DNA from: an uncultured virus (IMG/VR IMGVR_UViG_3300013121_000043)
Taxonomy: Duplodnaviria; Heunggongvirae; Uroviricota; Caudoviricetes
IMG/VR virus record: IMGVR_UViG_3300013121_000043
Reading direction: 5' to 3' (one strand)
DNA: 60,303 nucleotides
Part shown: in pieces, positions 26,452 through 36,547 of the stretch
Layout of the letters: each line of letters begins with the position of its first letter
Position numbering within the stretch: position 1 is the first letter of the stretch
Position numbers and translations under genes: made by a program
Notes under the pieces: generated by a model
Told to the model about the DNA's origin: nothing
The model's database searches: none
What the model saw: only the letters and a program-made list of their open reading frames with translations

Positions 26452-27375
26452 ATGTTTTTCACCGAACACGATCTGTATCGACCTGCCGACTGGCGCTACC
26501 GCCGGGCGGACTGGCTGCGTGCCAACGGTCGGTACACGCGCAAGAACAAGGATGATCGTTACGTGGCGCTGGCCCGACGCTACCTGGTCCAGCGTGAGAA
26601 GTGCCAGGATGTCTACGCTGAGGAGCGTCTGGCCAACCAGATGCCCGGTCTCTACTACGCGCACAAGATCTATCTGCGTACGGAGACGGATGATCGCTGG
26701 ACCATTGAAGCACGTATCCTGGCCGACCAGCCGGTCAACCTGATCGCCCGCAAGCAGCACACCACGCCGGAGGTGATCTGGTGGTACGAGAAGCTGTTCT
26801 TCGATGTGCGCGACAAGCTGCAGTCGCGCGATTACATCATTAACCGCGTACTCGGTCCTGCCGTCCATCGTGGTATCAACGAGCGTGATTTCGATCTTCT
26901 CCTGAAGCTGTATGCCCTGCTGGGTGGACCGCTGGTGGTGGATGCCCTGGTGAGCATGTCCATGCTCACGGGAGCCAAGCCCCAGAACGAGCAGGAGCTC
27001 GAGGCGTACTTCAAGCGCGATACCGCCGACTGCGTGCGACGCAAGGCCTCGCTGGCCGCGCGCTGTGTGCCCATTAACAGCCACACGCAGATGACCCTGC
27101 TGGATACGCATCACAAGCTGCTGGCCCTGGAGCAGGCCAAGGATGATGGCATTGATGCCACCAACCAGATCATCACCAGTCTGCAGACCACCCTGGCCAA
27201 CATTCCGTTCCATGCCGCCAAGGAAAGACCATCGCTACCTGCTCTACAGGGGTACGACAAGCTGTCGGTCGAGCTGCGTGCCGATGAGTTGATTCGCGCC
27301 GGCACGGGTGAAGAGCTTAATCTGAAAGAAGAGCTGACTCTGTTCCAGTTTCCGCAAGAGGAGAGCCATGGCTGA
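26452..27375 (+). CDS. Hypothetical protein
   Basis: 307 aa with GAGG RBS; overlaps the next gene. Confidence 0.75.
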   Translation: MFFTEHDLYRPADWRYRRADWLRANGRYTRKNKDDRYVALARRYLVQREKCQDVYAEERLANQMPGLYYAHKIYLRTETDDRWTIEARILADQPVNLIARKQHTTPEVIWWYEKLFFDVRDKLQSRDYIINRVLGPAVHRGINERDFDLLLKLYALLGGPLVVDALVSMSMLTGAKPQNEQELEAYFKRDTADCVRRKASLAARCVPINSHTQMTLLDTHHKLLALEQAKDDGIDATNQIITSLQTTLANIPFHAAKERPSLPALQGYDKLSVELRADELIRAGTGEELNLKEELTLFQFPQEESHG

Positions 27376-28759
27376 AAAACTGTCGCGCCAGGATCAGAGT
27401 CGTCTACTGACTGCCCTGGATGAGATTAGCGATCTGCTGGAAAACGGCAGTAGCCCCAATGACGCCGTGGTCAAGGTGGCCCAGGAGCACAAGATCCCGG
27501 CGGGCCACGTTCGTCCGCTGATTCATGCCCTGAATACCGGTCGAGCCAACTTCCATCGCAAGACCGCCGAGTCGGTTCTGGAGAAGGCCAGCTCCATCAG
27601 CCTGGCGGATCCGGACATCATCCTGGAACGGCTCTACCCCAGCCAGCACAAGAGCGCGGCCACCTACCATCAGCAGCGTGTGATCGCCGTCGATTACGAC
27701 CTGCCGCCGCCCAGCCTGACACCCTCACCGGCCCTGTGCAAGCAGGCCAGTGACATCACGACCCAGACTCCGCCCGCCTATCCTCGGGAAGACACCCGGG
27801 ATGCCCGGCGCATCTTCAGTGCCCTCCAGGATTTCGACCGTCTGTGTACCGAGAAGGAGATCACCCTGACCGACTGCCAGCGTAAGCTGGCCAGCTGCTA
27901 CCAGGAGGTGGATGCCCTGGTCCGTCGCAATGGGCTGACCTGCTGGTCGGAGGTACGGGCCAACCTGGAAGCAGGTTTTGGCGCTCCCGCCAGAATGGTC
28001 TGTCAGCACCTGGAACGAGACTACCCCCAGCTGCAAAAGCAGGCCCAGCAGAAAAGCTATCAACCGCTCAATCCGCACCAGAGCCCCTACCGGGAGCTCT
28101 GCCAGCTTCTGGATCAACTGACCGAGTATCGGCAGCACAAGCGCGCCTACACCCAGCTACGTAACGATCCCGGTTACCACAAGCTGGCCGAGCGGTTTCG
28201 CCCCTGGACCAAGGAGGCGAAAAAAGAGGAAGACGGTGGCGGAGGAGGTGCCGGCGGGGTCGGCAAGGGCATGGGCAAGCTACTGGGTGGAGTAGTCAAG
28301 GGTACGGGTAGTCTACTGCCGTCGGGTCGCGAAGGTCTGGGTAACGCCTGGGAAACCGTGGGTCGCTCGTTTCTTGACAACCAGGTCTATCCGGACATGG
28401 AACGTAGGGAGCTGAGTGGTCTGGAAGATCTCATGGATCCCCAGCACGAGGCCATGCTCCTGCAGGCCCGCACCAAGGCGATGTTGCATGACTTTCTCGC
28501 CAACGATCCAGTCATCTCCGAGTATGATCCCGAGGAGGTGTTGCGCTCCTTTAACGAGTTACAGCAGATGGCTCCTTACGCCATCAGCCAGCCTGCCCTG
28601 GTCCGGGCGGTGCTGCGCAAGTATCTCGCCCAGGGCGGCGTGGACACCCACGAGCTCGGACAGCTGACCACGACCGAAAAGGAGCTGCAGGAGGTGCGCT
28701 CCCGACCGATGGCGGCACCGGGCACCCTGTCCCAGTTACGCAGTTCGCCGCGGCGCTAA
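27368..28759 (+). CDS. Putative head/internal virion protein
   Basis: 463 aa; KVA, KTA, KSA, KQA (x2) and KEA motifs; Gly-rich linker. Confidence 0.65.
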   Translation: MAEKLSRQDQSRLLTALDEISDLLENGSSPNDAVVKVAQEHKIPAGHVRPLIHALNTGRANFHRKTAESVLEKASSISLADPDIILERLYPSQHKSAATYHQQRVIAVDYDLPPPSLTPSPALCKQASDITTQTPPAYPREDTRDARRIFSALQDFDRLCTEKEITLTDCQRKLASCYQEVDALVRRNGLTCWSEVRANLEAGFGAPARMVCQHLERDYPQLQKQAQQKSYQPLNPHQSPYRELCQLLDQLTEYRQHKRAYTQLRNDPGYHKLAERFRPWTKEAKKEEDGGGGGAGGVGKGMGKLLGGVVKGTGSLLPSGREGLGNAWETVGRSFLDNQVYPDMERRELSGLEDLMDPQHEAMLLQARTKAMLHDFLANDPVISEYDPEEVLRSFNELQQMAPYAISQPALVRAVLRKYLAQGGVDTHELGQLTTTEKELQEVRSRPMAAPGTLSQLRSSPRR

Positions 28760-28787
28760 TCTTCTTCTCTGGCTGTGAGTCCCACCC

Positions 28788-29978
28788 ATGCTTCCCGATC
28801 TTGACTGGAATCAGGCCGATTACGCCGCGACGTTTCGCCAGGCGGTCAAGCTGGCTCAACAGAACCGGGCCATGACCAAGCAGGCCAATCCCAAGCCGGC
28901 GGCACCGCCACCGCCCACAGCACCCAAGTCCACGACACCTACCCCACCCGCGCCGACCAAGCTGGGTGTTCCTCCCACGGAACCCTGGGACCGCCACCTG
29001 GCCTGGGGCCTGATGGGAACAGGAATTGGTGCGGGAATGGGCGCGCTTCGTAACATCGGTCGCAAGCGCACCAGCTACCTCCGGGACATGCTTCTGGGTG
29101 GAGCCATGGGCGGGATGGCCGGCGGGGGTATCAGTTACGGCCTGAACGCCATGGGAGACGCGACCAAGGAGCCAGCCAGTCCGAAGGGAATGAAGCTGGT
29201 GAGTCAGCTCACCGAGGCCGTGGACAGCGCGGAAAAAGGTGGACGACTTCCCGATGCCGCCGTGGCCAAGGTCCGGGGTCTGATTGACCAGCTCTCCCCT
29301 CAGCCCGGAGAAAACGCCGGAACCTACAACACGCGGGCCCAGGGTGTCCTTGCAGAAATTAGCAAGGAGATGCGTGGCAAGACCAAGCTACCCTGGCTCA
29401 GCATGGGCACCAACGAGCTGTACGACATGTACCAGGACTGGGACGGCTATCGCCTGGGTACGGCAGGTCTGGGATTGGGCCTCGGTGCTACCCACAAGCT
29501 TCTCAACATGCGTCATCTCGGTAACCAGCAGACCCTGGCAGGCTTGCGTTCGACAACAAAAATAGACGGCCCTCTGCGGGATTACCACAGATACATGATC
29601 AACCCCAAATCGAACCCGTCGACCGGGGCGCTGGATTTTTACAAATCGTTACGTCACTCCTCCGGAACCAATACACCCACTGTTGGTTTTTGGGGTGGTA
29701 TTAACCACGAAGGTACGCTTCCCAACAAAACCGTCATGGAAGCAGCCAGGCTGCGTGGTCAGGGTATTGTCAAAAAACCGATCTCTCTCTTACGAGGCAA
29801 CGCCGCCTCCCTGGCCCTGACCGCGGCACCCCTGCTAATGGACATCATCTACCGTGGTCTATCGCGCAACACGCCTGTTGGTCCGCGAAGCCACGAGGCT
29901 TACGGGGTCGAGCAGGGCAGTAAGGCTGTACAGGACTACTACCGGGAGATTCTATCGCAGGGGAATAAAAAGCCATGA
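28788..29978 (+). CDS. Gly-zipper putative virion protein
   Basis: Leader with KLA and KQA; GLMGTGIGAGMG and GGAMGGMAGGG helices. Confidence 0.65.
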   Translation: MLPDLDWNQADYAATFRQAVKLAQQNRAMTKQANPKPAAPPPPTAPKSTTPTPPAPTKLGVPPTEPWDRHLAWGLMGTGIGAGMGALRNIGRKRTSYLRDMLLGGAMGGMAGGGISYGLNAMGDATKEPASPKGMKLVSQLTEAVDSAEKGGRLPDAAVAKVRGLIDQLSPQPGENAGTYNTRAQGVLAEISKEMRGKTKLPWLSMGTNELYDMYQDWDGYRLGTAGLGLGLGATHKLLNMRHLGNQQTLAGLRSTTKIDGPLRDYHRYMINPKSNPSTGALDFYKSLRHSSGTNTPTVGFWGGINHEGTLPNKTVMEAARLRGQGIVKKPISLLRGNAASLALTAAPLLMDIIYRGLSRNTPVGPRSHEAYGVEQGSKAVQDYYREILSQGNKKP

Positions 29979-31792
29979 GCATGATCAAGGTAATCACCAG
30001 CGATAGCTACGACTTTGGTGAGGAGCCGGCCCAGCTCATCAAGCGTGCCAGCAGCGGACTTCAGGGAGATGATCTGCGTAGCTTTATCAAGCGCGCCGGT
30101 CACTTCCTGGCCGACGAGCTACGTCGACTTGACTTTGCTCCTGGTGAGGTTCCCGTGCACCTGATCGCCCTGGGAGCCACCGAGTACTTCTCGGCCAACC
30201 GCAACGGGGATGGTTTCAAGGAGGCCAGCTGCCAGAAGTTTCATGACACCTTCGAGAAGTTTGCACGCTTCTACCGCAACCACGAGAACACCAACCCCGC
30301 ACGCAGTTACGGCATCATCAAAAAATCGTACTACAACCCGGAGATGCACCGGATCGAGCTGATCGTGGCGCTCAACGGGACCAAGGAAGCCGCGGCCAAG
30401 AACGGTGGTCTACTCGCCGACGAGGAGCTGGAACTCCTGGAAAACCATCGTCCCATGGGGGTCAGCATGTCCTGCGTGCTGGATCCCGACGCTCCGATAC
30501 GGACCCAGGACGGCTACCGTGGAATCAGCCGGCTCCAGGCCGGCGACCAGGTCTTTACTCACCTGGGAAACTGGCAAAAAGTTATCCAGCCACGCCAGCG
30601 CAGCTACACCGGCGTGGTGGTACGCCTGGTGGTCCAGGGTCTTCCCGAGCCTTTGCTGTTAACCGCCGATCACATGCTGTTTGGTCGCTGGCACAGCGGC
30701 GGTCGTCATCAGCAACCCTCCTGGCAGCACGTGGTACACCTGCAGCGTCGTGACCTCCTGCACGGCTGGGATGGTCACGAGATCGTCTACTACAAGATCA
30801 AGGAAGTCAGCACCGACTATGTCACCAACCGCACGGTGTATAACCTTGAGGTAGAAAACGACGAATCCTATCTGCTTCACGGTGTTTCCAGCCACAACTG
30901 CAAGGTGGCGCACGACGTCTGTTCCTGGTGCAAGAACAAGGCCCGGACGCGCAAGGAGTACTGCGACGAGAACAGCTGCGGTGGTGGTGGTCTCAAGCAT
31001 AACATCGGTAGTCTGCTCAAGTGCGGTCACGTCCTACATGCCGACAACCCCGAGCCTCTCTTTTTTGATATCAGCAAGGTGGTTCGTCCTGCCGATCGCA
31101 CCGCCTACGTGACCGGTGTCCTGCACAAGGCCGCAGGCGGGGCCCAGCTTGCCGAGGAGCTCCAGATCACCCTGCCCGAGGTACTTCAGCCCGTCCTGGA
31201 AAAACAGGCGCAGGAGAGGCTGCTGGAAGAGCTCACGCAGATTCAGCACGTATCTCCGCTGCTCAAGCAGGCCATGGCGGTCGTCGGCCCTGCCCTGGAA
31301 GTCAACGCCGCCGAGACGCGTCCGGCTCATCGCCTGACCGCCCTCGCCGACGCCGGGGCGATCCTGCCCTTACCTGCCTTTCTGGATGTCTTTTTGGGAG
31401 ATACCCAGAAGACTGCCAGCTGTGCCAGTCTGGTACGCGGCCAGCTTCCGGGCGTCTATCAGCGTCTTTCCAGTAACGACGAACTGGACAAGATGCTGGC
31501 TGTTTTCTCTCCAGGTAGTCCTCTTTCGGAACGTGATCGTCGCTGGGCGGCCAAGTACGCTGCGGATTACAGCTTCACGGAGGCGGGTCTGCGTCGCCGG
31601 CTGCAGCGAGCGGCATTCCAGCTTCAGCTACCACCCCGTCCCGTGCTTCTGGCCAAGCAGGCTCGCTCCGCCCAGCAGCTGGCCGACCTGTACGGAGCCT
31701 ACACGCTGGCGGCCCTGGCGCGGCTGCGGGAGCAGCACGTGTGTAGTGATTTGACAGCGCAGGCGGTCTTGGCACAGAATATGGTTAGTTAA
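29975..31792 (+). CDS. Putative prohead (capsid maturation) protease, intein-containing
   Basis: NRNGDGF, FYRNH (His), and spliced VSMS-CKVAHDVCSWC (Ser motif plus Cys cluster); located upstream of the scaffold and capsid genes. Confidence 0.7.
   Translation: MSMIKVITSDSYDFGEEPAQLIKRASSGLQGDDLRSFIKRAGHFLADELRRLDFAPGEVPVHLIALGATEYFSANRNGDGFKEASCQKFHDTFEKFARFYRNHENTNPARSYGIIKKSYYNPEMHRIELIVALNGTKEAAAKNGGLLADEELELLENHRPMGVSMSCVLDPDAPIRTQDGYRGISRLQAGDQVFTHLGNWQKVIQPRQRSYTGVVVRLVVQGLPEPLLLTADHMLFGRWHSGGRHQQPSWQHVVHLQRRDLLHGWDGHEIVYYKIKEVSTDYVTNRTVYNLEVENDESYLLHGVSSHNCKVAHDVCSWCKNKARTRKEYCDENSCGGGGLKHNIGSLLKCGHVLHADNPEPLFFDISKVVRPADRTAYVTGVLHKAAGGAQLAEELQITLPEVLQPVLEKQAQERLLEELTQIQHVSPLLKQAMAVVGPALEVNAAETRPAHRLTALADAGAILPLPAFLDVFLGDTQKTASCASLVRGQLPGVYQRLSSNDELDKMLAVFSPGSPLSERDRRWAAKYAADYSFTEAGLRRRLQRAAFQLQLPPRPVLLAKQARSAQQLADLYGAYTLAALARLREQHVCSDLTAQAVLAQNMVS
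30473..30898 (+). mobile_element. Mini-intein (142 aa, no endonuclease)
   Basis: Starts C-VLDPDAPIRTQDG; block B LTADH; ends VYNLEVENDESYLLHGVSSHN, followed by Cys at +1. Confidence 0.92.
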
Positions 31793-31905
31793 CGTTTGTA
31801 ACGTCTTGTAGTACACTAAGGTTAGGCAACGGTCACGTCTGCGCCGCCGGCACCTCTCTCTTCACCTCCTCCCGCCTGTTCTGCGAGATCAAGGGGTTTA
31901 CCAAC

Positions 31906-33201
31906 ATGAGCGCACTTGCGCAAGATACCGTCCTGGGTCGCATCAACGCCTTGCTGGCCGAGATCGACGGGGAAAAGTCCGCCAGCGAGATGGACACCAG
32001 CGGTTCGTCCAAGAAGGATCCAGGCGGCTACGACGGTCCCAGCTCTCACCCATCGGCCAAGACCGATGGTAACTGCGGTGCCGCTCCCATGGGAAGCCGG
32101 GCCAAGGAACACGAGAGCGACATCAAGGAAACTTCGCCTGCGGCCACGGACTCCACCGACGCCGGTCTGATCGGCGACCAGGAAGACGCCCAGTACAACA
32201 TTGGTGCGCAGCAGAGCGCCGTGGGTGGCGATCCCAAGGTGGAAGACAAGTACAAGGATCGCCCGGATGACCCGGGCACCAGCCATCCCGCCAATGCGGA
32301 TGATGTGGGTAGCAAATACGCCTCGCTTCGTCCCGAGATGCTGTTCAAGGAAGCGTTTAGCAAGCTCAATGACCTGCTCGCGGCCCTGGCCGACAACGAG
32401 CGCATTGAAATCAAGGTCGAGCGCGATCAGCCCCAGCAGAAGCAGGCCCAGCAGAATATCGATCCTGCCTTTGCCGCGCAGCAGGGGTATCAGCTCTCCG
32501 AGCAGCTGCTCAACGAACACGTGGCCATGCAGAAGGCGGCTCGTGCTCAGCACATGCTCAGCCAGATCATCAAGGAAGCGGAGCAGGACGCCGACAATGT
32601 TGGCCAGTACCTGCAGGCCCGCGCCCAGCTCCACCTTAACGCCATCAAGGAAGCCAACGAACTCCCACCCGAAGCCATGGCTGCAGCCGGCGGAATGCCA
32701 CCGGAAGCGATGGCGGCTGGGGGGATGCCACCCGAGGGTGCTCCCGCCCCCGCCGAGCTGCCGCCAGAAATGGGCGGGCCAGCCGGCGGGCCTGGCGGAG
32801 AACTGCCCCCGGAGATGGCTGGTGAGGGTGGCGCTCCTGGCGAGCATGAAGCCGCCCTGGAAGAGCTGGCCAACGCCCTGATTGAGATGGGTGTCTCGCC
32901 CGAGGAACTGCTGGCCGCGGCCGAGCAGGCCGGTGCTGGTGAGGGTGGCGCTCCTGCCCCTGGTCCGGAAGAGGCACCACCGAAGATGGCCAGTGCGCTG
33001 CCGCCCCGCGTGCAGCATATGGCCCACGCCCTGACCAAGCGTGCCCAGGACGCCGTGGCGCTGGGGAACCTGGCCCGCGACGTGATCACCCTGCGTGATC
33101 GTGGGCGACTCAAGATCAAGGCGGCTCGCCAGGGGACGCAGATGCGCTCCGAGCGAGATGAAATCAAGAGTTACATCCGTGAGGCCTGTGGGCTTCGCTA
33201 A
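31906..33201 (+). CDS. Scaffold/core-like acidic protein
   Basis: 431 aa between protease and capsid; acidic/helical with a G/P/E/M low-complexity tract; about ten K-x-A motifs. Confidence 0.6.
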   Translation: MSALAQDTVLGRINALLAEIDGEKSASEMDTSGSSKKDPGGYDGPSSHPSAKTDGNCGAAPMGSRAKEHESDIKETSPAATDSTDAGLIGDQEDAQYNIGAQQSAVGGDPKVEDKYKDRPDDPGTSHPANADDVGSKYASLRPEMLFKEAFSKLNDLLAALADNERIEIKVERDQPQQKQAQQNIDPAFAAQQGYQLSEQLLNEHVAMQKAARAQHMLSQIIKEAEQDADNVGQYLQARAQLHLNAIKEANELPPEAMAAAGGMPPEAMAAGGMPPEGAPAPAELPPEMGGPAGGPGGELPPEMAGEGGAPGEHEAALEELANALIEMGVSPEELLAAAEQAGAGEGGAPAPGPEEAPPKMASALPPRVQHMAHALTKRAQDAVALGNLARDVITLRDRGRLKIKAARQGTQMRSERDEIKSYIREACGLR

Positions 33202-33217
33202 GGAGGTTTTTTCGGTC

Positions 33218-33634
33218 ATGGCCATCACGCACGAACAACTGCTCGACACGGCTGCCTGCCTGGGGACTGCCCTGGAAAAGGCCGAGACGATCCGTCGCAA
33301 TGCCGAGCAGCTTCAGGAAAAGGTTGCCAGCGCGGTGCCCGACGCCAGCAAGGCGTTGCTGCAGTCTGGCCTGATCGAAGGTCACGAGAAAGAAGCGCTG
33401 GCCCGTGTTCTTGCCGATCACGAGCAGACGCTCAAGCTCATGGCCAAGATCGCGCGTCACTACCACCAGTTCAGCGCCGAGACCACTCCTCCGACCAGCA
33501 TGGGGCAGCCTGTCACCCAGGAAAAGCGTGCCGGCCAGGAAGAGTTTAACCACTACCCCGGACAGAGGACCGCCGGTATGCGCGAGTCCGATCGTCTGTG
33601 GTACAAGCTGGTCACGGGTACGGTTCCGTCCTGA
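33218..33634 (+). CDS. Helical head-module protein
   Basis: AGGAGG RBS and ATG at 33218; EKVA and EKRA motifs. Confidence 0.7.
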   Translation: MAITHEQLLDTAACLGTALEKAETIRRNAEQLQEKVASAVPDASKALLQSGLIEGHEKEALARVLADHEQTLKLMAKIARHYHQFSAETTPPTSMGQPVTQEKRAGQEEFNHYPGQRTAGMRESDRLWYKLVTGTVPS

Positions 33635-33745
33635 TTTCGGATAGCGTTGCGCTATCCGTCTGTCTTTTCCTCTCTTCCGCCTCACTTCTCGTTCTCCCTT
33701 CTGCCAAATCACGTCCTCTGTCCTGCCTGACTGGAGACACTTCCC

Positions 33746-34309
33746 ATGCCGTCTGTACCGAGCCAGACCTACTCGCATCACCTCAACCCCACCAAGGGCT
33801 GGCCGCACCCGGGGGCGATGGACTTTACGGCCAAGGTGTCGGCGAATGTCCTGTACGACATGCGTGCCGGCCAGTGTGCGCATCTGAACAGCTCCGGCCA
33901 GCTGGAACCTGGCGTGCAGCTGGCGCAGATGCCGTTGTTCCTCTTCCAGGGTGTTAACGAGCACGACACCAACAACGCCAGTGGGGATGAGTGGATCCCG
34001 GTCACGCCCTCTGGCAACATCATGTGCATCCCTGGCAAGGCTGCGGTGGAGCTCGAGACCACCGAGTTCGTGCCGTCGCTGACCTACGCGCCCAACGATC
34101 TGCTGCGCAGTCCTGTGGGCAACAGTTCGGGTGCGGAAGCACTTACGAATGACCGACCGACGACCAGCTCCTCGGGCGTGCTTCGTAACGACAGCGTAAC
34201 GCTGTACACGACCGCCGTGGTTGGCGTAGTCAGTCGCGGTGTCTTTACCAACTACTTCAAGAAACAGTTGCTGGCGTTCTGGCCTGTCTACCTGCCTGGC
34301 ACTGTGTAA
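33746..34309 (+). CDS. Putative capsid decoration/cement protein
   Basis: 187 aa, beta-rich (ELETTEF...YAPNDLL); lies immediately upstream of the capsid gene. Confidence 0.6.
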   Translation: MPSVPSQTYSHHLNPTKGWPHPGAMDFTAKVSANVLYDMRAGQCAHLNSSGQLEPGVQLAQMPLFLFQGVNEHDTNNASGDEWIPVTPSGNIMCIPGKAAVELETTEFVPSLTYAPNDLLRSPVGNSSGAEALTNDRPTTSSSGVLRNDSVTLYTTAVVGVVSRGVFTNYFKKQLLAFWPVYLPGTV

Positions 34310-34369
34310 TCACCTCCCCTCCTCCCTTCTGCCCGACGTGCCTTCTACCTACCAAGAGGATTGACAGCG

Positions 34370-35293
34370 ATGGCAACATACGCTCACGAGCGTGTCGCGA
34401 ACGAGACCGTGCTGGAGTGGCTCGGGAGCGACTCAATGGTCAAGCGCGCCGAGGATGCGATCAACGCCTTCACGCGCTTAAAAGTTCGCGAAGACGGCGT
34501 GCACCGGCGTATTCAGCCGTACCTGCAGCTGTCCAACAGCGACCTGGATCGCGACCTGTCGGACAAGCCGATGAAGATCGTGGACAAGGAACCGGATGGA
34601 CCGCCCGCCGTGTCGGTGCCGTTCGCAACCCTGCCCGCCAATGTCTACATCAAGGCTCCCCGTTACCGGGTGCTGTTTGGCCGCATTCAAACGGTCAACT
34701 TCACCAAGGACATCGACGAGCTGCGTACCTGGTACATGGATATCCGCCAGGTGCTGTCGGACAACATGATCAAGGACATGCTGTACGAGGAAGACTCCAA
34801 GTTCTTCGCGGCCGTTAACGTTTGTCTGGGTGGCACAGCCGACTCGGTCAGCCCCCTGAATGGGGTGGAGACCTGGAAGACGATCTCGGGTGGTATTACC
34901 CGCGACAGCCTGGTGGATGCCTGGAAGATCATGCCGTCCACGTTCGCACATCTGGAAACCCAGATGTTCATCATCAACAACGTCTCGGTCCTGGAACTGG
35001 CCAAGTGGGGCCGGGATGAGATGGGTGGTGACTTCTCCCAGGATGTGGCCAAGAACGGCTGGAGTGAGCAGAGCTTCATGGGCAAGAAGATGCTCATCAC
35101 CATCAAGCGTGATCTCGTGCCGGATGACTCCATCTACATGTTTGCCGATCCCAAGTTCTTCGGAAAGGCGTACCTGCTCGAAGACACCACCATGGTGGTC
35201 GAGCGTCGTGGCCCCATGATCAACTGGTGGAGCTGGGAAACGATCGGTGCCGCCATCGGTAACAGTGCCGCCGTGGCCCGCGCGGACTTCTGA
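34370..35293 (+). CDS. Major capsid protein (HK97-like fold)
   Basis: About 307 aa; F.R.K.REDG..RRI start, DMLYEEDSKFF, ITIKRDLVPD..IYMFADPKFFG and E.IG.AIGN..AVAR.DF end; position after protease, scaffold and decoration genes. Confidence 0.8.
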   Translation: MATYAHERVANETVLEWLGSDSMVKRAEDAINAFTRLKVREDGVHRRIQPYLQLSNSDLDRDLSDKPMKIVDKEPDGPPAVSVPFATLPANVYIKAPRYRVLFGRIQTVNFTKDIDELRTWYMDIRQVLSDNMIKDMLYEEDSKFFAAVNVCLGGTADSVSPLNGVETWKTISGGITRDSLVDAWKIMPSTFAHLETQMFIINNVSVLELAKWGRDEMGGDFSQDVAKNGWSEQSFMGKKMLITIKRDLVPDDSIYMFADPKFFGKAYLLEDTTMVVERRGPMINWWSWETIGAAIGNSAAVARADF

Positions 35294-35366
35294 GACAGTC
35301 GCCCGGATCTTCTAGCTTCGGTATCCCGGGCGGATCGCCCACCGCCCGGCTACCCCTTCACAAAGG

Positions 35367-35759
35367 ATGACCGTCGTGATTCCTCCGGAACTTGTCCCGT
35401 CCTACCAGAAGCTCACCGAAGAAGTGCATCGGCCTGTCTTCCTACAGAAGCTTGCCAGCGATTACGGTATCGTGCCGCAGTCCGTCGAGGAAGAGGCGGC
35501 TCTTCGCGAGCTGGCTGGAATTCTCCAGGTCCAGTACGCCCAGGAACAGATCAAGCAAGCCAGCGCGGTCAGCCCGCTGGTTGCCGCCGTGGACGAGCTC
35601 AAACAGGGGTTGCGTCAACACGGTCACAACATGCCCCTGGAAACGTCGCACGAACAGGCCATCAAGTCCGCGGCAGCCCAGCTGGCCCAGGACGAGGAGC
35701 TGGTCCAGGCGGCGGAGCTGTGGAGCCAGTACACCGCGTCTCTTGCCAACGAAGGATAA
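35367..35759 (+). CDS. Small helical head-module protein
   Basis: 130 aa; KLA, KQA and KSA motifs. Confidence 0.7.
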   Translation: MTVVIPPELVPSYQKLTEEVHRPVFLQKLASDYGIVPQSVEEEAALRELAGILQVQYAQEQIKQASAVSPLVAAVDELKQGLRQHGHNMPLETSHEQAIKSAAAQLAQDEELVQAAELWSQYTASLANEG

Positions 35760-35765
35760 CGCCCG

Positions 35766-36473
35766 ATGCCCGACACCACGGATCTGTACACCACGGTTGT
35801 GAATACTTCGGGATCGACCATGACGTTTTCCTATCTGGGAAAACACGGTCGTACCCTGGCCAATAACGCCCAGCTGACGATCTGGGGTCACATCCAGCAC
35901 AGTTTTGGCCACGGCGAGATAGGCAACCGCAAGAAGCGCGCCCTGGAGCGCGATCTGCTCAACGGTCGTCTGACCATCAAGTCGCTGCCCAAGCCCATCG
36001 TCTACGATGCCTCGGCGGACGCCATCGTCGCCAACCCGACCACCCAGGCCACGGTCAACGTCACGGGCGGCGGTGCGGGTACCACCATCCCGGCCGGGGA
36101 TTACTTTGTCGCCTACACCTTTGTCAACAGCTGGGGTGAGACGACGGTGGGCACCTCGCAGAGTGCGCAGTTCACCGCCAACGGTTCCGACCGGCCGCGC
36201 GTGACGGTGCCGGCTCTGCCGACCAACGCCACGTCGATCAACATCTACCTGACTGACACGGATGGTGCCACGGGTACAGGCAAGCTGTACAAGACCGGCG
36301 TGACCACCACCACGACCGACCTGACGACCACGACCTGGAACGGTGGTACTTACGAAGAGTCCGACGATCCGCCCACGGCAAACACCACGGAGGCGGCCAG
36401 CGTGCGCGCCCTGTCGGTGGCAGACAACACCCTCGGTACAGCGGATCCCAGCTGGGGTCGCTACACCGCCTGA
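35766..36473 (+). CDS. Virion protein with inserted Ig/Fn3-like domain
   Basis: Thr-rich beta domain of about 107 aa, nearly duplicated in the sheath gene. Confidence 0.7.
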   Translation: MPDTTDLYTTVVNTSGSTMTFSYLGKHGRTLANNAQLTIWGHIQHSFGHGEIGNRKKRALERDLLNGRLTIKSLPKPIVYDASADAIVANPTTQATVNVTGGGAGTTIPAGDYFVAYTFVNSWGETTVGTSQSAQFTANGSDRPRVTVPALPTNATSINIYLTDTDGATGTGKLYKTGVTTTTTDLTTTTWNGGTYEESDDPPTANTTEAASVRALSVADNTLGTADPSWGRYTA

Positions 36474-36492
36474 GTTCATCTCTGTTCTCCGT

Positions 36493-36537
36493 CCGGGGAG
36501 GGTGAGAGTTTGTCTCTCCCCTCCCCGGTTGTATTTC
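36493..36537 (+). terminator. Intrinsic terminator
   Basis: CCGGGGAGGG.GAGA...TCTC.CCCTCCCCGG followed by TTGTATTT. Confidence 0.6.
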
Positions 36538-36547
36538 CGGGGTGTCA

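Noticed and set aside
31822..33300. 492-aa minus-strand ORF
   Set aside because: Mirror of the scaffold-like gene; no RBS or domain evidence.
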